Assembly: GCA_030649345.1 (NCBI GenBank)
Contig: JAUSKK010000052.1
Span: forward strand, 1-16,035
Direction of reading: 5' to 3'
DNA: 16,035 nucleotides
DNA from: Candidatus Iainarchaeum sp.
GTDB taxonomy: Archaea; Iainarchaeota; Iainarchaeia; Iainarchaeales; 0-14-0-20-34-12
The notes under the pieces were generated by a model. It had not been told where the DNA came from. It saw only the letters and a program-made list of their open reading frames with translations, and made no database searches. Shown piece after piece: positions 1 to 6,620 of the stretch (its first letter is position 1; every line of letters begins with the position of its first letter). Position numbers and translations under genes: made by a program.

Positions 1-5
1 TATTT

Positions 6-800
6 TTAAATATTCACTATATTCAGTGTTTTTGCACTTTTGATCTCTTGAGCTAATTTCTTGATATCGAAAAGCACTTTTTTGGCATTTTTAATACGAT
101 TTTTTGAATTTTGGGTCATTTTTTTAGAATACAATTCAATGAATTTGCTTCCAATTACCACACCGTCAGCACCTGCTTTGGCAAACACATTAACTTGCGT
201 TTTATCTGCAATTCCAAATCCTACAAATAATTGTTTTTGAGTCAGTTTACGCACACGCTTGACAAAAGCAATACTTTCTTTTGCAAATCCGTTTCGTGTT
301 CCAGTAGTTCCAGTACTCGAAACTAAGTATGCAAAAGATTGAGTGTACTTCAATAACCGGCGCAAGCGTACTTTTCGCGTGTTTAAAGTAATTAATTTTA
401 TTACTTCAATTTTATACTTGTCAGAAAATTTTTCAAAGTTTTCATCTTCTTCAAACGGCAAATCCGGAATAACTATGCCTTGCATATTTAAGGAATTCAT
501 TTTTTTAAAAAAGTTTTCAATTCCAAAAGAATATACAATATTAGAATAGGTCATAAAATACAAAGGAATTACAGTGTTTTCTTTTCGGATTTTTTTAACT
601 AGAGCAAAACAATCAAGTACAGTAATTTTGTTTTTTAATGCTCTAAAAATTGCTGCTTGGATTGTTTTTCCATCTGCAATTGGATCTGAAAAAGGAATCC
701 CTAATTCAATAGCGTCTGAATATGGAATTAAAGTCTTTACTAAATCGTATGAAAAATTTAGATTGGGATCTCCACAACAAATATATGGAATCAATTTCAT
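6..800 (-). CDS. trpA: tryptophan synthase alpha subunit
   Basis: 264-aa ORF with the TrpA loop motif '[13 protein letters not shown]' and C-terminal 'VGFGI' / 'GVVIGS' phosphate-binding segments. ATGA start/stop overlap with trpB at 797-800. Last gene of the trp cluster. Confidence 0.92.
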   Translation of the reverse strand: MKLIPYICCGDPNLNFSYDLVKTLIPYSDAIELGIPFSDPIADGKTIQAAIFRALKNKITVLDCFALVKKIRKENTVIPLYFMTYSNIVYSFGIENFFKKMNSLNMQGIVIPDLPFEEDENFEKFSDKYKIEVIKLITLNTRKVRLRRLLKYTQSFAYLVSSTGTTGTRNGFAKESIAFVKRVRKLTQKQLFVGFGIADKTQVNVFAKAGADGVVIGSKFIELYSKKMTQNSKNRIKNAKKVLFDIKKLAQEIKSAKTLNIVNI

Positions 801-1975
801 ACTTGCACACCTTCTAAGTCTGATATGAATTGAACGTCTTTATCGCCTCGACCGGATATGTTTACAATAATGATTTCATTTTTTGCACATTTTTTTGCAA
901 ACTTTAAAACATATGCAATGGCATGAGCTGATTCAAGCGCAGGAATAATGCCTTCGGTTTCAGAAAGCAAATGAAATGCTTGCAATGCTTCAGAGTCTGT
1001 AACCGAAACATATTGGGCACGATTGGTTTCATAAAAAAATGCATGCTCTGGTCCAACCGCAGGATAATCTAATCCAGCTGAAATGGAATGCGTTTCTTTA
1101 ATTTGCCCAAACTGATTTTGCAGAACATACGTCAAGGAACCATGCAAAATTCCTTTTGTTCCTTGCTTGGTTAAACGTGAAGCATGCAATCCTGTGCGAA
1201 TTCCTTTCCCGCCAGCTTCCACTCCAATCATTTGTACTTGTTTATTTTTTTCAAATCCTGAAAATAGTCCAATGGCATTACTTCCTCCGCCTACACAAGC
1301 AACTAAATAATTTGGCAATTTTCCTTCTTGGATTAAAATTTGCTGTTTAGCTTCTTTTCCAATCACAGATTGAAAATACTTAACTATGCTTGGATACGGA
1401 TAAGGCCCTAAAGCAGAGCCAATCACATAATGAGTATTTGAATAATTGGTTGCATAATCTCGTAAAGCTTCATTAATAGCATCTTTGAGTGTCTGAGAAC
1501 CAGTGTTTACTGGAATAACATTTGCCCCCAATAATTTCATTCGATAAACATTAAGTTGTTGGCGTTCCATATCTTTTTTTCCCATGAATACATCGCACTT
1601 CAAACCCAGCAAAGCAGCTGTAGTAGCTGTTGCCACACCATGTTGTCCTGCCCCAGTTTCAGCAATCACTCGATCTTTGCCCATTTGTTTAGCCAACAAT
1701 ATTTGTCCTAAAGTATTGTTGATTTTATGAGCACCTGTGTGAAGTAAGTCTTCTCGTTTGAGGTAAATTTTTGCTTTGCCTAATTTTTTGCTTAAATTTT
1801 CTGCAAAATACAAAGGAGTAGGCCGGCCGGCATAAAAGTGCAAATACTCGTTTAGTTTATTCTGAAATTTTTTGCTTTTTTTTGCTTTCAAAAATGCTTT
1901 TTCCAAATCTTCCAGTACTGGAAGCAATAATTCAGAAATATATCGTCCTCCAAATTCTCCAAATCTAGTTTTCAT
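797..1975 (-). CDS. trpB: tryptophan synthase beta subunit
   Basis: 392-aa ORF with N-terminal 'FGEFGGRY', PLP-lysine motif 'HTGAHKINN', 'GGGSNAIG' and 'AETGAGQHG'. Its start overlaps the trpC end by 11 nt. Confidence 0.95.
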   Translation of the reverse strand: MKTRFGEFGGRYISELLLPVLEDLEKAFLKAKKSKKFQNKLNEYLHFYAGRPTPLYFAENLSKKLGKAKIYLKREDLLHTGAHKINNTLGQILLAKQMGKDRVIAETGAGQHGVATATTAALLGLKCDVFMGKKDMERQQLNVYRMKLLGANVIPVNTGSQTLKDAINEALRDYATNYSNTHYVIGSALGPYPYPSIVKYFQSVIGKEAKQQILIQEGKLPNYLVACVGGGSNAIGLFSGFEKNKQVQMIGVEAGGKGIRTGLHASRLTKQGTKGILHGSLTYVLQNQFGQIKETHSISAGLDYPAVGPEHAFFYETNRAQYVSVTDSEALQAFHLLSETEGIIPALESAHAIAYVLKFAKKCAKNEIIIVNISGRGDKDVQFISDLEGVQV

Positions 1976-2762
1976 TTAAATCCCTCAATTTTAATTCTTT
2001 GATTTTTTCTTTTTGATCAACTGCTTTCCATAAAGCTGTGCCTACTAAGACGCCTTTAACCCCACAAGCTTTAAGGAATTCAGCATCGATTCGAGTTCGA
2101 ACACCGCTTTCACTAATAATCGGTTTATTTATTTTTTTAAATGAAATTTTTTCCAAAATTATTTTAGTTACATTCAAGTCTACTTGCAAGGTTTCTAAAT
2201 TTCGATTATTAATTCCTAAGATATCAGCCTTTGTGGTTAATGCATTTTCAAATTCATTCAAATCATAACATTCCAATAATACTTCCAAACCTAGATCATG
2301 AGCTGTTTTTATGAAATCATCTAAAGGCAAATTTAAACGATTCAAAATCTTTGCAACCAATAAAATAACATCAGCTCCGGTTTGAGCAGCTGCCTGCATT
2401 TGTTGTTTATCTACAACAAAATCTTTGAATACAACCGGCAAGCCGACTTTTTTTGCAATTGAAATGTGTTCTAAGTTTCCGTTGAAAATTTTTGGTTCAA
2501 CTACAACAGAAATGGCATCTGCGCCATTTTCTTTAAACAAAGAAGCTGTGACTGGAATATCAATGTAATCAAAGCTGTATTCTCCTGCAGGGGAGGCGTG
2601 CTTGATTTCTGCAATTAAACTAAAATTCTGTTTTTCCAGAACTTTTTTAAGGGAAACAAATTTTACTTGCTGGACAGTTTTACAATTAGCATAATATCCT
2701 GTTTTTACATTTTCTTGTGCTTGTGCAATAAATTTGTCCAATAAATCCATACAATCCCTCAT
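1965..2762 (-). CDS. trpC: indole-3-glycerol-phosphate synthase (monofunctional, no TrpF domain)
   Basis: 265-aa ORF with '[11 protein letters not shown]' and 'LGINNRNL', typical of IGPS (beta/alpha)8 barrels. The length fits IGPS alone. ATGA overlap with the trpD stop at 2759-2762. Confidence 0.88.
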   Translation of the reverse strand: MRDCMDLLDKFIAQAQENVKTGYYANCKTVQQVKFVSLKKVLEKQNFSLIAEIKHASPAGEYSFDYIDIPVTASLFKENGADAISVVVEPKIFNGNLEHISIAKKVGLPVVFKDFVVDKQQMQAAAQTGADVILLVAKILNRLNLPLDDFIKTAHDLGLEVLLECYDLNEFENALTTKADILGINNRNLETLQVDLNVTKIILEKISFKKINKPIISESGVRTRIDAEFLKACGVKGVLVGTALWKAVDQKEKIKELKLRDLNEN

Positions 2763-3772
2763 TTAAAATTTTTTAATAACTCTAATTTTTCCAAAGCTTT
2801 TCCATTGTCTAAAACAGTTTCTGCAAGCCCAATTCCTTTTTCGATGGTTTTTGCAATTCCAGATACATACAATGCAGCACCGGTATTCAATGCAACAATG
2901 TTTCTTGGATGTCCTTGTTTTCCATTTAAGACATCTAAAATTATTTTTGCACTTTCTTCTATGCTGTGAACTTGAATTTCTTTCAAAGTACTTTCAGGAA
3001 AACCATAATATTTAGGCTGGAGAACATACCGTTCAAATTGATTGTGTTCAATTTCATACACCACTGTTTCTTGAGTAATGGATAATTCATCTAAATCACT
3101 GGATACCAGCATTGCTTTTTTTGTTCCCAGCAACACTAATACCTGGGCTAATTTTTCCAGTGCTTTTTTATCATAAACTCCAATAAGTTGTCTTTGAGCT
3201 TGAGCTGGATTGGTCAAAGGGCCTAACAAATTAAACACAGTTTTAAATCCTAAGTTTTTTCGAATTTGGGCAACTACTTTCATAGAGGGATGGAATACAG
3301 GAGCAAACAAGAAGGCAATTCCAATTTCTTCCAAGGCTTGCTTTGCTTTTTTTGGATTACTTATAATTTCTACACCTAAGCAGTCTAAGACATCCGAACT
3401 TCCACTTTTGCCGGTAATTGATTTATTTCCATGTTTGGCAACAACAGCACCGGCTGCAGCTGCAACCAAGGCACTGCAAGTAGAAATATTAAAAGTATTT
3501 TTTCCATCGCCTCCAGTTCCAGCTGTATCAATTAAATTAGGTGAATTTATATTTACTTTTAAAGAATGGTTTCGCATGCTTTGCACAAATCCTGTAATTT
3601 CTTCAACTGTTTCTCCTTTAATTGTTAAGGCTGTTAAAAAAGCAGAAATTTGAGTAGATGAAATAACTCCAGTCATAATCACATCTAAAACTTGGCAAGA
3701 TTCTTGTTGAGTTAAATTTTGTTTTTCAACCAATTTTTTCAAACACAAAGTAAAAACATTAAAATCAGTCAT
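2759..3772 (-). CDS. trpD: anthranilate phosphoribosyltransferase
   Basis: 'DTAGTGGDGKNTFNIST' (GTGGD motif), 'KHGNKSITGKSGSSDVL' and 'GPLTNP'. The listed ORF begins at a TTG (3793). I prefer ATG 3772-3770, which forms an ATGA overlap with the trpG stop and is preceded by GGTGAT (3776-3781), an SD-like motif. Confidence 0.9.
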   Translation of the reverse strand: MTDFNVFTLCLKKLVEKQNLTQQESCQVLDVIMTGVISSTQISAFLTALTIKGETVEEITGFVQSMRNHSLKVNINSPNLIDTAGTGGDGKNTFNISTCSALVAAAAGAVVAKHGNKSITGKSGSSDVLDCLGVEIISNPKKAKQALEEIGIAFLFAPVFHPSMKVVAQIRKNLGFKTVFNLLGPLTNPAQAQRQLIGVYDKKALEKLAQVLVLLGTKKAMLVSSDLDELSITQETVVYEIEHNQFERYVLQPKYYGFPESTLKEIQVHSIEESAKIILDVLNGKQGHPRNIVALNTGAALYVSGIAKTIEKGIGLAETVLDNGKALEKLELLKNFK

Positions 3773-4359
3773 TTCATCACCTTTAAATTGCAAAAATTGG
3801 CAAGAATTTTTTTGCCATCTTGTGTTAAAATGGATTCTGGATGAAATTGAACCCCATAAATAGGATACACACTATGTTGGATTCCCATAATCGCAGAATC
3901 ATCTAAACTAAAGGCAGTAATTTTCAAACAATTGGGCAAACTTTCTTTTTCTCCAATCAAAGAATGGTAGCGCATAACGTTCAATGGATTTTTTATTCCT
4001 TTAAATAAATCAGATTCAGTATGTTTAATTTGGCTAATTTTTCCATGCAGTGGTTTTTGAGCGCGAATAATGTTTCCACCAAATGCAGAAATAATTCCTT
4101 GATGCCCTAAACAGATTCCCAAAACAGGAATGGTTTTTCCAAGTTGTTTAATTACTTTCATACAAATCCCAAAATCAGTTTGATTTGTAGGAGTTCCAGG
4201 ACCCGGTGAAATCACAATTCTGGCAAAGTGTTGTTTTTGAATTTCAGACAAAGTAATTTCATTATTTCGCACAACAATTACTTGATTTCCAAGCTCGCTT
4301 AAATATTGATACAAATTGTATACAAATGAATCAAAATTGTCAATTAGTAAAATTTTCAT
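3769..4359 (-). CDS. trpG: anthranilate synthase component II (glutamine amidotransferase)
   Basis: 196-aa class-I GATase with nucleophile motif 'GICLGHQ' and 'GVQFHPES' (His/Glu of the triad). ATGA overlap with the trpE stop at 4356-4359. Confidence 0.92.
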   Translation of the reverse strand: MKILLIDNFDSFVYNLYQYLSELGNQVIVVRNNEITLSEIQKQHFARIVISPGPGTPTNQTDFGICMKVIKQLGKTIPVLGICLGHQGIISAFGGNIIRAQKPLHGKISQIKHTESDLFKGIKNPLNVMRYHSLIGEKESLPNCLKITAFSLDDSAIMGIQHSVYPIYGVQFHPESILTQDGKKILANFCNLKVMK

Positions 4360-5715
4360 TTAGATTCACTTCCTTTCAATGCTTGTAAAAGTGCTTTTGC
4401 TTTATTCTCTGTTTCTTGAAATTCTTTTTTGGGATCACTATCGTAAACAATTCCAGCGCCAGTCTGAATATAGGCTTTATTTTTGTTTGCAAAAAGTGTT
4501 CGAAGGATAATTGCAAAATCCATGTTTCCATTGACTGAAAAATAACCTACTGCACCGCCATACGGACCACGATTTGTTTTTTCAAGTTTAGATAAAATTT
4601 GAACAGCACGAATTTTAGGAGCACCTGAAACAGTACCTGCAGGAAAAATAGAATTCAATGCATCCAATGTAGTTTTACCTTGTTTTAGTTTTCCGGTAAC
4701 CAAAGATGCTAAATGTTGTACATGAGAATATTTGTGAACTTGCATTAGTTCCGGGACTTTTACAGTTCCAGGAATTGCAATTTTTCCAACATCATTTCTA
4801 GTCAAGTCAACCAGCATGATATGCTCTGTACATTCTTTAGAGTCTTGTAAGAGTTCTTTTTCGAGTTTTTGATCTTCTTTTTTATTTTTTCCTCGTTTTC
4901 TGGTTCCAGCTAAAGTAGCATAGCTTTCTATTTTATTATTTTGAATTCGAATCAAATTTTCTGGACTGGAACCAATGATTTGTCGGTCTTCAAATTTTAA
5001 ATAAAACAAATACGGCGAAGGATTAACTTGTTTTAATTGCTTATAAAAGGGCAATAAACTGCCGGAAAAGTCAATTTCATAGCGTTTGGATATAACTGTT
5101 TGAAAAATGTCTCCTGCAATGATGTGTTTTTTTGCAGTTTTAACTTTTTCACAGAATTTTTCTGGAGTTAAGTTACATTTGATTTTTTTAATTTTAAATT
5201 TTTCTTGATTTATTTTTGGACTCTGCAAGCATTCTTGAATTTTTTTAAGTCTACTTTTTCCAATATATTTATACATTACTTTTTTTTGCTTATGATCAAA
5301 AACAATGACATCTTTAAAGATTCCAAATTCAAAAGTTGGAAAATCAACAACTTGCTTGGTTTTAGAAAATTTTTCTAAGCAATGAATGTATTCAAACGAA
5401 AAATAACCTACAGCACCTCCTAAAAATCCAGATTCTTTTTTAGAAACAAGTTTGCTTTGTTTATTCAAAATTTCCGTTAAATTAGTGTTTTTTACTGATT
5501 TTCCGTTAATGCCAATTTTGGAGTCATTGCCATTTATGTGTTGTTTGGGTTGGAATCCAATAAAGGAATAACATGCAGTTTTTTTTGCGCCTTCTGCACT
5601 TTCTAATAAAAAAGCAACTTTAGAATTGGATTGGAGTATGGAAAATAATTCAAAAGGTTTAATGCGTATGGCTAGATTTATTGAGTGATATTTGCCAAAG
5701 TAAATCCCCTTTCAT
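4356..5715 (-). CDS. trpE: anthranilate synthase component I (apparent 1-nt frame disruption in codon 3-4)
   Basis: The body has 'FPAGTVSGAPK', 'GPYGGAVGYF' and 'GAGIVYDSDP'. The listed ORF (TTG at 5468) is N-terminally truncated. The same frame stays open up to TGA 5712-5714 and encodes the conserved 'FLLESAEG...YSFIG' block (LLESAEG at 5589-5609). The only ATGs (5715, 5724) are one base out of frame, and removing one G from the GGGG run (CCCC 5706-5709 on plus) gives a 452-aa TrpE. Identity is confident; the 5' boundary is not. Confidence 0.8.
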
Positions 5716-5722
5716 TTTATTC

Positions 5723-5739
5723 ATACAATCAAATTGTAT
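5723..5739. promoter_or_regulatory. 7-3-7 inverted repeat ATACAAT-CAA-ATTGTAT next to the trpE start (candidate operator)
   Basis: Perfect 7-bp arms read directly from the sequence. The repeat lies between a TATA-like TTTAAATA (5748-5755, coding-strand sense) and the ATGs at 5724/5715. Confidence 0.3.
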
Positions 5740-5780
5740 CAAACGTTTATTTAAAACAATGTGAAAAAATTAGTTTTATT

Positions 5781-5820
5781 TTCAAAAAGTAAAAAAATGC
5801 AAAAATGAATTAAATTCATT
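5781..5820 (-). terminator. candidate terminator after the kinase-fold gene: palindrome plus T-rich tract
   Basis: On the coding strand, AATGAATTTAATTCATT (5820->5804) is followed by TTTGCATTTTTTTACTTTTTG. The stem is nearly all A-U and therefore weak. The T7 run would fit oligo-T termination. Confidence 0.3.
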
Positions 5821-5872
5821 CAAAAAGTTAAGTTGACCAGTGATTTTTTGAAGAAAACTATCATTTTTTGAA
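5781..5872. repeat. four copies of the decamer TTCAAAAA(G/A)T in a 92-nt stretch
   Basis: TTCAAAAAGT occurs at 5781-5790 and 5819-5828 on the plus strand. ATTTTTTGAA, the reverse complement of TTCAAAAAAT, occurs at 5843-5852 and 5863-5872. The last two copies sit in a 15/17-identical 17-mer repeated at 20-nt spacing (5841-5857, 5861-5877). Confidence 0.5.
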
Positions 5873-5886
5873 AAATTAGGAATATT

Positions 5887-6603
5887 TTATTCGTGAATTG
5901 CATTGTATTCTCTTATTTTGCCTCGAAGTTTTTCCATTTGCTTTGCAGTCAATTTTGTTTTATTTTCTTGCAAGTAAGTTTCCAGTTTTGGAACATCTAC
6001 TTGAATAATTTCAAAAAAAACTGGATGATTGGGGTCACGAATTGAAATATTGGATTCTGCTAAATCAAAAACAAGCCCAGTGTTTGAAAAATTATGTTTA
6101 ACAGCTCTAACTGATGGCAATGCTCCGCGAACACCTAACTGGCGATATAATCGTTTCTTTTCAGCAGTTAATTTTTGAATTTGTTTAATTTCAGCTAAAA
6201 TAACCTCTGGACTTCGCTGTCTTGGTTTAACTCTTCCGTCCATTATGGCTTCATCAAGTTTAGTAATTCTATCGATTTCAGCAGTTACAGCCTGATAGCG
6301 TGCCAGCACTTTATCCGGCAAAACTTTTTTGGAACGAATTCTTCCTTTTTTTAAATCCAATTCAGTTACTTGCATTACATTTTTAGGAAATAACAAAGAA
6401 CCAATTTGGTGTGCAATAAAACGTTTATGCAATTGTGCTGGAGTAATTCTTCCAGTTTTGAATTTTTTTGGATTGGTTCTTCGAAAAACAGTTCCTTTTC
6501 GTTTTTTTCCAGAAGCTCTTGAAATTTCCCATACTTTGGCTTCAGCACCATGACCCAGCAAACGAAACGTTTTTCCATGCAATCTACGAACAATAGGCTT
6601 CAT
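5887..6603 (-). CDS. hypothetical basic protein with degenerate Bud32/RIO-like atypical kinase motifs
   Basis: The listed ORF starts at TTG 6609; ATG 6603 (MKPIVRR...) is more likely. It has a Gly-rich loop 'LLGHGAEAKVWE' (6532-6555; compare G-A-E-A in Bud32/PRPK), a catalytic-loop-like 'VFDLAESNISI' (D at 6064-6066, N at 6049-6051) and an acidic residue 13 aa after that Asn ('FFEII'). Very Lys/Arg-rich. No database search was possible. Confidence 0.6.
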   Translation of the reverse strand: MKPIVRRLHGKTFRLLGHGAEAKVWEISRASGKKRKGTVFRRTNPKKFKTGRITPAQLHKRFIAHQIGSLLFPKNVMQVTELDLKKGRIRSKKVLPDKVLARYQAVTAEIDRITKLDEAIMDGRVKPRQRSPEVILAEIKQIQKLTAEKKRLYRQLGVRGALPSVRAVKHNFSNTGLVFDLAESNISIRDPNHPVFFEIIQVDVPKLETYLQENKTKLTAKQMEKLRGKIREYNAIHE

Positions 6604-6620
6604 AATCAATCAATAAACAG

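Noticed and set aside
1821-1830. The GC-only palindrome GGCCGGCCGG in otherwise AT-rich sequence.
   Set aside because: It encodes the conserved TrpB segment 'AGRPTP' on the minus strand, so its composition is explained by coding constraint rather than a repeat or insertion scar.
3773-3793. A TTG-initiated 7-codon extension of trpD (MQFKGDE).
   Set aside because: The internal ATG at 3772 makes the ATGA overlap with trpG seen at other junctions. The supposed extension itself contains the SD-like GGTGAT.
5804-5820. Resemblance of the 17-nt palindrome to a bacterial ARG box or Fur-box-like TGAAT/ATTCA site.
   Set aside because: The spacer is one base shorter than the ARG-box core, only one copy is present where ArgR normally uses tandem boxes, and it sits upstream of trp rather than arg. 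No similar sequence occurs in the real arg promoter region.
5716-5886. Possible Trp-codon leader peptide, T-box or riboswitch upstream of trpE.
   Set aside because: The small upstream ORFs contain no tandem Trp codons. The only Trp is in the out-of-frame 18-21 codon reading through the trpE start. The region is too short and AT-rich for a T-box, and I see no alternative terminator/antiterminator stems.
6375-6593. A 72-aa minus-strand ORF overlapping the kinase-fold gene in another frame.
   Set aside because: It is nested inside the longer ORF, which carries the recognisable Gly-loop motif. Nothing supports a same-strand overlapping gene.
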